From: a virus
Direction: 5' to 3' (one strand)
IMG/VR virus record: IMGVR_UViG_3300021256_000005
Length of the DNA: 64,000 nt
Numbering within the stretch: position 1 is the first letter of the stretch; every line of letters begins with the position of its first letter. This document shows positions 1-9,045 of the stretch, piece after piece. Made by a program: the position numbers and the translations under genes. The notes beneath the pieces were generated by a model that was not told where the DNA came from, ran no database searches, and saw nothing but the letters and a program-made list of their open reading frames with translations.

Positions 1-1249
1 GATCGAAAATTTCTAACTCAAAACCATCAATAATATTATTCTTAATATAATAGTTCAGCCATGACTCTAAACGGCGCACATAAATAAACATGTTGCCAGT
101 GTCATTAGCAATCGAGTATTTGATACCAGAAGCGTTTGTCGAACTACCAGAACTTACTACTAATTTATTTACACCCGCATTGGAAAACAAATTATTTATG
201 TTTTGATTCAAAGTATCTGTATCGTCATTATTAGTTGATTTATCAAAATTGATAACCTCAAAATCATAAGGAGCAACACCAACACCAACTAAATCTGGAA
301 CACTATTTTCAATGATCGCTTGAAACTGATTTACCATTTCTAGTGAGATAGCAAAATCATCAATATCATTAGAATCCTTCATTAACGGAATTTTACCTAA
401 CAATAATTTATAATTCTGCAACTCCGTTTTAGATGCGAGAATAGCTTCTGTATCAATCAACTGTAAGAGAGAAACAAATAACGGCACAAAATAGGGGAGT
501 GGCATATAAAATTCATCATCTGTTCCGCTAACGATGGTGCAGGTTTTTTCTGGTGTCAGTCGAAACCACTGAGCTGATCTTCCTATTTCTTTATATTGAT
601 TGTATCCATCAATGAAACACTGATCCCAACAACCAGAAGTATCTCCATCAACACCAAGTACAAATTGCTTATTTGTTCCAACATCAAAATATGCGGCGTT
701 AAAATAAGTGATCCATTCACCAGATCCAGTTTTACCATAAACACGACAATACTGTACGTCCAATGGCATTAAAAACATGCCATCATCGTCTGATTCATAC
801 ATAAATCCTGTAAATTGACCATCTCGAATCACACAAGAAATAATATTAAAACACTCTTTTTCCATCTTAAAATGATGAAAAGTTTTTAATATCTTCTGAT
901 AATTCGGCATAATGTTATCAATATCAATTTCTTCGCTTAAATCCATAGTTGGAATAATCGTGTAGCGATATAACGGCATAGTAGCATAGTATAAAATCAG
1001 CTTTTTATACACCATTGATACACGGGTTAGAAACCGAGATGCTTCACGGATATTATCAATATTATTGATAGGCGATTCGAGGTATTGTTGAATAAGAGTC
1101 TTTGTATGCTGTGTGAATGATTTCGTAATGTTTCTTGTTACATCACGCTGTAAAATTTGTTGAATCTTTTCAAAATTTTTAATTGTTTGCGCTCGTTTTC
1201 TCGTATGAGCATAATCTTCACTCGACATAGAACGAGTTATCATTTCCAT
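1..1249 (-). CDS. portal protein candidate (partial, continues beyond window start)
   Basis: Minus-strand frame is open from ATG at 1249 (MEMITRSMSSEDYAHTRKRAQ...) to position 1. It is absent from the ORF track only because no stop lies in the window. It sits directly downstream of the large terminase; function is from synteny only. Confidence 0.5.
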   Translation of the reverse strand, partial: MEMITRSMSSEDYAHTRKRAQTIKNFEKIQQILQRDVTRNITKSFTQHTKTLIQQYLESPINNIDNIREASRFLTRVSMVYKKLILYYATMPLYRYTIIPTMDLSEEIDIDNIMPNYQKILKTFHHFKMEKECFNIISCVIRDGQFTGFMYESDDDGMFLMPLDVQYCRVYGKTGSGEWITYFNAAYFDVGTNKQFVLGVDGDTSGCWDQCFIDGYNQYKEIGRSAQWFRLTPEKTCTIVSGTDDEFYMPLPYFVPLFVSLLQLIDTEAILASKTELQNYKLLLGKIPLMKDSNDIDDFAISLEMVNQFQAIIENSVPDLVGVGVAPYDFEVINFDKSTNNDDTDTLNQNINNLFSNAGVNKLVVSSGSSTNASGIKYSIANDTGNMFIYVRRLESWLNYYIKNNIIDGFELEIFD

Positions 1250-1289
1250 TGACCGTTTAATATTGCGTTCTTTCGTTATTTTTCACCAC

Positions 1290-3062
1290 CTATCTATATC
1301 GAGTTACCCGTTTCGGCATCCTCATATGAATCAACATTTGTGCTTCTTGTTCTTGCGTCTGCTTACGTATTTTCTTTTTTAATCTAATTTGTTGTGCGAC
1401 ATATAGGTTGTATTGCAAAGAAGAGTAGCGGTCTTTTCGCATACCATTCTTCTCTGTAATTCTAATCTTTTCTCCAACAACCTCATACTCCAAATTTATA
1501 AGTTCGTTAATAAGAGCAGATGTCTGCACATATGGATAAAGACATTTCGCCTTTTGAGCGGGATTCAATTTAGAATATCCCTTTTGATTATTAAAATATT
1601 CCTTCGATTGTAACTCTGTAATTGGTAATGTTAGCTTTTTATTTTGTATTTGCGCCCTCAGAGCAGTAGCAGTATCACTATTAAACGTAGCATTTGCCTT
1701 AATAGACCAAAATGCTTTATTAGCATTTGGCTCTTTACAACGTTCAGCCATAGATTCATCGTTAATACATTTTAATGCCTGATATTCAACGCCTAACTCT
1801 GGATCAAAACGATTAACAGCAATATAATCAGCCACGCCTAATCCAACACCATTCGTATCCATCACCAAATCCGTACAATTGAACCGATAGAATGTACGCA
1901 TAATAATCAAACCTAATTCATCTGTAGTCAGTCCTTCATATGTATCAATCGAAACAATATGATTCATATAATCATAATCTGACACTGGAAGATTACGGTT
2001 AATAATCAGCGCAGATGCATCGTTATCGTGTTTTTTCGAGTTCATCAACGCAATATCGACAGATAAAATACGCCGTTCGTTAAATACTAATTTTGGTAAC
2101 TTAAAGTGCATAGTAGAATAATCATAAGCTTCTAGCGGATAGATAATAGAATCTCGTTCAGTCCGTAACGGTTCAATATCAGAAAACTTAAAGAATGAAC
2201 CATCCGTATCGCTGTACCATAATGAACCCATTTCAATATCAAATGACATCTGATCGAAATCATCTTCGGACATTTCATCTTCAATCTGCTCACGCATCAG
2301 TAATCCTTCTTTAATAGAAAGCTGATATGGCAATGCACAGACAAAATATCTCTTTGTATGATCCAACATATTCTTCACAAAAGAAACAAATCTTTTATAA
2401 GACCAATGGCTTTTATACCATGCACTAGTCGCATACATTTCCATATTACGTTCTTGTAAATGAACGTATTCTGGTTTATCTAAATATAACGGATGACGAG
2501 GATCTGTTAAGAATTTCTTCAATACATTATCTATGATCTTTTTCGCAACCATACGGTATTCATCGACAATCACGATATTGGCACGATTATGTCTGGCATT
2601 ATCATCAGAAGTAACAACTTTAATAGTTGAACCATTTCTCCATTTACAAATTGGTTTATTTACACCAGTGTGTAATTCTTCAATTTCATTACGAATATTG
2701 GCAGAACCCCACGTGTAGTTTTTACAAAATTCTTCATCAATCTTTGTTAAGATTTCCAATGCTTGACCTTTTGTACCAGAAGCAATAACAATCTTCGTGC
2801 CTGGATATAAAATGCATCTACAAATACAGAATAGTGCAAGTAGCCACGATTTACCCTGACCACGTGCCGCCACGTATATCACATGAGTCGAATGCATCAT
2901 TTCATATAAATTTATTTTCTGAAATGTCTTTAACCCAGTGATATTGCAATAATCAACACAAAAACGTTGTGGATTCTCACGGTAAAAAGTACCACGTTCT
3001 GCCACAACATACATCATTTGTTCTACTTTGTCTTGAAATACTTGTTTCGTTGTTTTCGACAA
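1290..3062 (-). CDS. terL: terminase large subunit
   Basis: 590 aa. Walker A VAARGQGKS, Walker B IVIVDEY, C-terminal nuclease-like acidic motifs (SVDIALM, MDTNGVG). Followed by the portal-like ORF. Confidence 0.85.
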   Translation of the reverse strand: MSKTTKQVFQDKVEQMMYVVAERGTFYRENPQRFCVDYCNITGLKTFQKINLYEMMHSTHVIYVAARGQGKSWLLALFCICRCILYPGTKIVIASGTKGQALEILTKIDEEFCKNYTWGSANIRNEIEELHTGVNKPICKWRNGSTIKVVTSDDNARHNRANIVIVDEYRMVAKKIIDNVLKKFLTDPRHPLYLDKPEYVHLQERNMEMYATSAWYKSHWSYKRFVSFVKNMLDHTKRYFVCALPYQLSIKEGLLMREQIEDEMSEDDFDQMSFDIEMGSLWYSDTDGSFFKFSDIEPLRTERDSIIYPLEAYDYSTMHFKLPKLVFNERRILSVDIALMNSKKHDNDASALIINRNLPVSDYDYMNHIVSIDTYEGLTTDELGLIIMRTFYRFNCTDLVMDTNGVGLGVADYIAVNRFDPELGVEYQALKCINDESMAERCKEPNANKAFWSIKANATFNSDTATALRAQIQNKKLTLPITELQSKEYFNNQKGYSKLNPAQKAKCLYPYVQTSALINELINLEYEVVGEKIRITEKNGMRKDRYSSLQYNLYVAQQIRLKKKIRKQTQEQEAQMLIHMRMPKRVTRYR

Positions 3063-3074
3063 TTTATCACCGCC

Positions 3075-4112
3075 TTATTCCTCAAGGTCATGACCAAAGA
3101 TATTGTCAAAAGCAATTTCTGTATCTGATTCACCTTCATATTCTGGTTTTTTCACGGTATACTTTTCTATAAACCGTCTGTACAAGTGAGAGAGTGGATT
3201 TTTAATTTTCAAATTCTCACACATGTGACCACGATAGAACACATCAATATACTGTCCAATACGATCTACATCCTTTAGTTCTGGGTCAATATCTGGACAT
3301 GGACGTTCGGTTTCCCATTTTTGAATCAGAGTACCAAAGGTTTGCGCTTCTGAAAAAGCATCCAACACGTTTTGTTTTGGCGTTAAATTTCCAGAGTTCA
3401 TTAACTCCTGTAAAGTTTTATATAAGTCTTTAGTCGGCAAATCATCTTGATTAGCCTTGCGGATTTTTAACTGTGTTTCAGCAATACTCTGTAACACAAT
3501 TTCCATAGACTTAGTATTACACTCATAGCGGGTACTCCAATCTTTATACTGCTCATATAAAAACTTATAATCTTCTGTAGAGTATCCACGCCCGAAACGT
3601 GCTATGGTGTCTTTTAACTGCTCCTTCGTAAGTCCATACTCACTTAAATTCTGCGTTGTATCACTCGATTGCTCAAAACTCATAGTACGATAATTTGCAT
3701 TTCTTTGTAATATACCTAAATACTGCTCATTAACATACATAACTTTTGTTGGGTCTGAATTGTTTTTAACCATCTCTTGCGCTGATTCATAAATAGAATC
3801 AATAAACGGCAAATCTATTAGTTTTAATCCTTTTTTTAACGTATCAATATTTTCATACTTGATACCAGTTCCAGTATCGGTTGGGATTATAACTTGTTTG
3901 ACGCATTGTTTACAAATAGGCAAAACATTTGATCCCCATTTCTCGCTTTTATAAAAATCAGATTTAGGTTTAAATTCAGCACAGCAATGACAATAAGCTC
4001 CATTTTTCATAGACTCATAAGCTTTACTCAAAGTCTTGTACATCTGTTTTACTTCATTTGGGGTTTTGCCTTTTAGAACGTCAACATCATCAAATGCAGT
4101 AATTTTTTTCAT
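3075..4112 (-). CDS. hypothetical Cys-rich protein (possible small terminase by position only)
   Basis: 345 aa with RBS (aaaaggagaaatagg) upstream of the ATG. CxxC pairs (CHCC...CKQC). Lies immediately upstream of terL. Confidence 0.55.
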   Translation of the reverse strand: MKKITAFDDVDVLKGKTPNEVKQMYKTLSKAYESMKNGAYCHCCAEFKPKSDFYKSEKWGSNVLPICKQCVKQVIIPTDTGTGIKYENIDTLKKGLKLIDLPFIDSIYESAQEMVKNNSDPTKVMYVNEQYLGILQRNANYRTMSFEQSSDTTQNLSEYGLTKEQLKDTIARFGRGYSTEDYKFLYEQYKDWSTRYECNTKSMEIVLQSIAETQLKIRKANQDDLPTKDLYKTLQELMNSGNLTPKQNVLDAFSEAQTFGTLIQKWETERPCPDIDPELKDVDRIGQYIDVFYRGHMCENLKIKNPLSHLYRRFIEKYTVKKPEYEGESDTEIAFDNIFGHDLEE

Positions 4113-4135
4113 CCTATTTCTCCTTTTGACATATT

Positions 4136-4684
4136 AAAACAACTATTGAGTGATATTTCTATCTGCCAATATATATCTTCATACATATTCAGACACGTAG
4201 CATATAACAGCCGAGCAGTCGGGAGCGACCCAACTGCTTTGTTATACCTATAAAACTACGGATAGACTGCTTACTATCACCTTTTACACACCTTTCGGCA
4301 CAAATATCGTTTTGTTTTAGAATGTACTTGTATAAAAAGCCTTGTGCTACTCAGACCAAACTCCAACGTTATACACGCATTTCTGCGCTTCACGGCTCTA
4401 CAGATTATTGATATTCCGCAGGTTTGATACAGTCATCGGCTAAACCCTAACTACGGTTATTGTACACAGTACCGTCTATTGCTCTGTCCGTCTCGTTTGT
4501 TCCTTTGTATGCGACACATATTGACACATATTCTTGATGTTGAGATTCTGTCTCTCCTTGCACAATATCACTATTATGCAACAGCAATAAACACAAGGTA
4601 TACCTCATGCGCTTACTGATCTTCCGAACATTCTCAGCACCGTTGGTTTCACGGCTCTGCACTGAGTTACTCAATAGCTGTTTT
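4136..4684 (-). ncRNA. candidate large structured RNA (alternatively a cos/pac region)
   Basis: 549-nt non-coding stretch whose ends form a 16-bp helix (4136-4151 with 4669-4684). Its single non-Watson-Crick position is G-U only in minus sense. Internal GAAA-tetraloop hairpin at 4375-4388 and an 11-nt repeat ttcacggctct at 4389 and 4648. Confidence 0.35.
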
Positions 4685-4691
4685 AATGTTT

Positions 4692-4725
4692 CAAAAAAAT
4701 AGTGGGTATTTTTCGTACCCACTAT
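4692..4725 (-). terminator. rho-independent terminator
   Basis: Minus sense: 10-bp stem atagtgggta/tacccactat with a 7-nt loop, followed by a T7 run. The stem overlaps the TAG stop of the 4722-5879 gene. Confidence 0.7.
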
Positions 4726-5879
4726 TTAATACCACCTAATTCAAAAGTGTATTCAATTGCTTTTCCTTGTTCATTAAAAATAAATAAATTTGATTTTGGT
4801 GTAGAAGATAACACCTGTGACGTAGCATATGGATCAATGCCAATCACGCTACCTACAGATAACACATTGCACCGAGTGCCAACTTCTTTTGACTGGCTAT
4901 GATGAATGTGTCCAGAAATTAAGTAGTTAATATCTGTATGATACAGCCTAGTAAATTCATGAATTGCGGTAGAAAGATTTTTTACTTCACCATGAATCCC
5001 TAAAATATTAAATCCACAAATGGTTTCAAAATTCATTCCAGTTGGATTTTCAGCAATTGTTATGTGATTATTATTCCGTAATCTTATTTTTAAAAACTCA
5101 CGAATCACGTAACTCATGTTTTCATCTGGGAAAGAATTTTTCGGCTGTCCAAGTAAACGTAATTGATTATGGTTAGAATCACTCACCATCTGAAATTTTA
5201 CATCTACATACTGACTAATATCGTTTAGCCATTCTGCAATATATTCAGCATAACGAATGGCTGATTCGATCACACCATACTGCAATTGTTTCAGCTGAGA
5301 ACTAAGCCTAAGCATACCTTGTACACTATCGCCTAATTCCCAAATAGAAATAGAAGATAAGTTTTCACGTTTAATAGCATCTAATAAACACTGTTTCATA
5401 TATTCCATACGGCTTACGAATACATGACTATTGTACTTATTAACAACATTACCTGCTAAATCTTTAATACAAAACTCAATTCCGAAATGACAATCAGAAA
5501 AGACAAATAGTCCCGCTCTGTTATTATCGGTTTCTTTAACAGGCAGTCCGACTGACCGATAATCCATATCTGGAAGTGCCTTAATAGCGTCAACTATCTT
5601 TTCTGTAATTAATTCATCACGTGCTTTCTCACGCAGTAAACGGTTGTATTCAATTTTTTCAGTTTGAATCTTTTTTCTTTCTTTAAGCAATTCATAATAT
5701 TCCGCACTAGCGGTTAAACTAGCATATTGCTTACGATATTTACTTTCCGTATATTTCACATGCAGTATATCATTTAATACATTCGCCACATCTTCCCACG
5801 TACCAATAGTATCTTTTAACGAACAAATTCTTTTAATTACATCTTCATCAGATTCATTTGGTAAACGCTCAAACTGCAT
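4722..5879 (-). CDS. calcineurin-like metallophosphoesterase
   Basis: Motifs in order: SDCHFG (DxH), GDSVQG (GD), SNHNQ (GNHD/E-like), GIHGE, GHIHH. Confidence 0.75.
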   Translation of the reverse strand: MQFERLPNESDEDVIKRICSLKDTIGTWEDVANVLNDILHVKYTESKYRKQYASLTASAEYYELLKERKKIQTEKIEYNRLLREKARDELITEKIVDAIKALPDMDYRSVGLPVKETDNNRAGLFVFSDCHFGIEFCIKDLAGNVVNKYNSHVFVSRMEYMKQCLLDAIKRENLSSISIWELGDSVQGMLRLSSQLKQLQYGVIESAIRYAEYIAEWLNDISQYVDVKFQMVSDSNHNQLRLLGQPKNSFPDENMSYVIREFLKIRLRNNNHITIAENPTGMNFETICGFNILGIHGEVKNLSTAIHEFTRLYHTDINYLISGHIHHSQSKEVGTRCNVLSVGSVIGIDPYATSQVLSSTPKSNLFIFNEQGKAIEYTFELGGIK

Positions 5880-6061
5880 TACACTAGTTCCTCATCTTTG
5901 GTTGTAACAAGAATAGAAACCTCTGTGCCATCAGTGAAATATTGATTTATTACATCCATCAGATCAATCAGTTCATCATCCTCTGACACCAATTCATTGT
6001 TTGTTACACACGCATTATTTATTTTTAATTTAGTTGTCGTTGTCCTTTTTACTTCAATCAT
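5879..6061 (-). CDS. hypothetical protein
   Basis: 60 aa, start/stop-coupled with both neighbours in the minus-strand operon. Confidence 0.5.
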   Translation of the reverse strand: MIEVKRTTTTKLKINNACVTNNELVSEDDELIDLMDVINQYFTDGTEVSILVTTKDEELV

Positions 6062-6455
6062 TTTTTACATCCATTTCTGCAACAAAACGCTGTTTTGGTG
6101 AATACTCATTAAACTTGCACGGTATTAACACACCACCTGAAGTAACCTTCCTAAGTTCTTCAAATGATTCATAAGTACAGAATACTATATCATTTTCGAG
6201 AAACAAATATTCTCCATTCTTTGCTCTTGCGGGTTCAATCCATAATTCATCGTTGCAAATTGTCACATAATATCCACCTCCATAATCATAATAGTCCACT
6301 TTTAATAATTTAATATCAAGTTTTCTATTAAAATTACGGATTAAATAAATAACACAATCAACAATATCTTTATCTGGACACACGAAACTTACATTATAAT
6401 CACTACTCAGTTCAATAATGTTGTCGTATAAATTCTCATGATCTTTAAAAATCAT
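6054..6455 (-). CDS. hypothetical protein
   Basis: 133 aa. Overlaps the upstream gene stop by 4 nt (translational coupling). Confidence 0.6.
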   Translation of the reverse strand: MIFKDHENLYDNIIELSSDYNVSFVCPDKDIVDCVIYLIRNFNRKLDIKLLKVDYYDYGGGYYVTICNDELWIEPARAKNGEYLFLENDIVFCTYESFEELRKVTSGGVLIPCKFNEYSPKQRFVAEMDVKND

Positions 6456-7567
6456 AACCTTTTCTCCGTTAAATCACGAAGAAATCCTGTGATTTGAATT
6501 AACTTATCAATCACATAATCAATTTCTTCTTTTGTATTAGTATAATAAAAACTAAATCTTACACAGGTATAAATTTCTGGCTCTTTCATACCTATAGCTT
6601 CTAACACGTAAGATTTCTCAAGTACATTAGAATTACAAGCAGAACCAGTCGATGCGCAAATTCCAATATTATCTAGCATAGAAACGATTGTATTTCCATC
6701 ACAACCATCAAATTGTACGTTTACAATGTGCGGAGACACGTTCTCATTTAACACTACATGGGCGTAAGGTATTCTGCTGACACAATCAACAAAATAATCA
6801 TGCAAGTCACGCATATAATGTCTAGGTTGACATACAATATCTTTTAATGCTACAGATAATCCAACGATTGCCGCTGTATTCTCTGTACCACCAACTAACC
6901 CTTTTTCTTGATGACCATGAATAATCGTGCGAAGCGGAATAGAAGAGTACAATACAGCCGCACCACGAATACCGCCTATTTTATGCGCACCAAACGTGAA
7001 TATATCAACATGTAAGTGTCGAATGTTTACAATTTCATATCCAATTGCTTGCGTAGCATCACACATAAGTACATGATTATACCGATGCGCTATATCCGCA
7101 AGTTTACAAATTGGCTGAATACACCCAGTTTCATTATTAACATATTGCACAATCACCAAAGAATTAGCAGGAGCGTGCTGACAAAATTCCTGATATGAAG
7201 ACATATTTATCAATCCATTACTATCGACTGGTAAAATGTAAGAATTATAAGACTGTACACATTCGATAATATCAACGTGTTCTACTGCCGAACATAAAAT
7301 ATGCACAGAAGGATGAGATTTCATATAGCCTTGAATTGCTATATTATTTGCAGTAGTAACTGAGTTAGTAAAATAGACGTTTTCTACTTCACCGCGTAGA
7401 ATATCAGCAATATCAGCACGTGCCTTTTCAATCGCTTCACGTGATTGTTTTCCTAACGAATGAGTTGAATTTGGGTTTCCGTATATTGTTGTCAGATAAG
7501 GCGTAATTGCGTCTAACACGTGTTTTGAAGGCCGTGTTGTAGCCGCCTGATCGAAATTCACTCTCAT
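6452..7567 (-). CDS. cysteine desulfurase (class V aminotransferase, NifS/IscS-like)
   Basis: N-terminus FDQAATTRP...YGNPNSTHSLG, PLP-lysine context FGAHKIGG, active-site loop STGSACNS. Confidence 0.85.
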   Translation of the reverse strand: MRVNFDQAATTRPSKHVLDAITPYLTTIYGNPNSTHSLGKQSREAIEKARADIADILRGEVENVYFTNSVTTANNIAIQGYMKSHPSVHILCSAVEHVDIIECVQSYNSYILPVDSNGLINMSSYQEFCQHAPANSLVIVQYVNNETGCIQPICKLADIAHRYNHVLMCDATQAIGYEIVNIRHLHVDIFTFGAHKIGGIRGAAVLYSSIPLRTIIHGHQEKGLVGGTENTAAIVGLSVALKDIVCQPRHYMRDLHDYFVDCVSRIPYAHVVLNENVSPHIVNVQFDGCDGNTIVSMLDNIGICASTGSACNSNVLEKSYVLEAIGMKEPEIYTCVRFSFYYTNTKEEIDYVIDKLIQITGFLRDLTEKRL

Positions 7568-7685
7568 TTTATACCTCTATACAAATAGTACCTTATAAAG
7601 CAAAAAGACCTTGAAGCTAAAAATTTTCAATGTCTTTTGCGCCCGCTCAGCAGGCATTCGCTAATTAAAACTATGGTGCCATATT

Positions 7686-7721
7686 ATAACAAAAAGGAGA
7701 ACCAGACGCATCCGATTCTCC
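7686..7721 (-). terminator. rho-independent terminator
   Basis: Minus sense ggagaa-N14-ttctcc followed by tttttgtt. An extended -10 (tgttataat) for the desulfurase gene follows immediately. Confidence 0.55.
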
Positions 7722-7817
7722 TAAGTGCGCTCCACTTGAAGAGACGCACCGCAATTCACACTGTTAGTATAATACGGACTCTATATCATTACATCTAGCA
7801 TGTACTACTTGTTTTAC

Positions 7818-8105
7818 TTATGCTTCAATACGAATATCTCTAAGCGGCTTTGTCATTTTTACTTTCACACCAATGTGAGCAGAATCTGACCACGGTCGCC
7901 CATTACACATACCAGTGCGGTCTGGATATTCCTTCATTTTATACTGCACGCCAAATAAAGACATTTCTTCTTTGGATTTTAAGTTATTGTAAATTGTAGT
8001 AAACATTGCCTGATAAATGTCGTTCAGTTCATGTAACGAATATTTTGTACCACACTCATTCACAACTAACTCCTGTACGGCTCTAATGAAATTTTCCTTT
8101 GTCAT
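7818..8105 (-). CDS. HU/IHF-like DNA-binding protein
   Basis: 95 aa. The pattern matches bacterial histone-like proteins (N-terminal helices, then ...EYPDRTGMCNGRPW...VKVKMTKPLRD arm). Confidence 0.55.
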   Translation of the reverse strand: MTKENFIRAVQELVVNECGTKYSLHELNDIYQAMFTTIYNNLKSKEEMSLFGVQYKMKEYPDRTGMCNGRPWSDSAHIGVKVKMTKPLRDIRIEA

Positions 8106-8235
8106 AACTTTTTCTCCTTTGATTCGTATAAGACATTGGTATAAGTATATTCACACCATGTCTTAAATTGTTGTTTTTGTTACTTCTCTTCTCAATATAT
8201 AGTTTTTGACATAATCCTCTATAATTGCGCTATTA

Positions 8236-9045
8236 TCAGCTCTCAGAGGAACTTAAAAGAACTTTTTTACACGTTTGCGAACAAAATTGTTTGTTTTTGT
8301 ATGCTTCAAATAAGTGATGGCACACAGGACACTCTTTCAAATTCTTCACTAGTTTATAATGCGCATAATATTGTTTTCCCAAGTTATTAAAGTTCTCAAC
8401 CCAAAATGCAACTGGTTTAGTTGTGTCAAGGTTCAAAATATTTACTTTGAACATATCAAGTTTGTCCACATGCAAGGTTTGTTTCGTCCCACGGTCAACA
8501 GTGCGAATATCATAATTTAACATTCCTTTACCAATCAAATCATTTAAACACTTGAAATACTTGTCAGTGTTAAAGTTGGTTACATCCGCCAACTGTTTCA
8601 GATCAACCGCTAAAATATGAAACCAATACCAATATTTCTCACTGGACAAATAATCGTCCACATGATACTTTTCCATGTGGCAGGTATCAATCCACTTTTT
8701 ATGTACCAATAAAGCGAACAAGACTTTTTCATACTCCCAATTTTTCACTGACCGTATATTTTCCAGTTCGCATTCATAAACAGGCACTTTCACGTTATAG
8801 TCTTTAATGCGAGTAGCAGAAGCAATGAAGCGGTTATAAATCTCAGTTTTATCCTTTACGTCTAAATAACATAATACACCATCACTTAATTCATCAAATT
8901 TATATCTGATTTCTCCCTTCGTGTAATTATTGTTCAACATATAAACAGCAACAGCGGTTAACTCTTGTCTGCTAAACTGTTTTGTTTTTAATTTACCAAT
9001 CTTAAAAATATATTCGCCGTATGTATAATAATTATGAATAATCAA
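8236..9045 (-). CDS. hypothetical protein with C-terminal zinc ribbon
   Basis: 269 aa. C-terminus CPVCHH...CSQTCKK. Overlaps the RNAP gene stop by 4 nt. Confidence 0.6.
   Translation of the reverse strand: MIIHNYYTYGEYIFKIGKLKTKQFSRQELTAVAVYMLNNNYTKGEIRYKFDELSDGVLCYLDVKDKTEIYNRFIASATRIKDYNVKVPVYECELENIRSVKNWEYEKVLFALLVHKKWIDTCHMEKYHVDDYLSSEKYWYWFHILAVDLKQLADVTNFNTDKYFKCLNDLIGKGMLNYDIRTVDRGTKQTLHVDKLDMFKVNILNLDTTKPVAFWVENFNNLGKQYYAHYKLVKNLKECPVCHHLFEAYKNKQFCSQTCKKVLLSSSES

Noticed and set aside
4447-4722. Track ORF 4447-4722 (-), 91 aa, in the non-coding region upstream of the terminase genes
   Set aside because: Its ATG lies inside the terminator stem at the stop codon of the upstream gene, and it has no RBS. 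The region shows RNA-like pairing instead. It could still be real; proteomics would decide.
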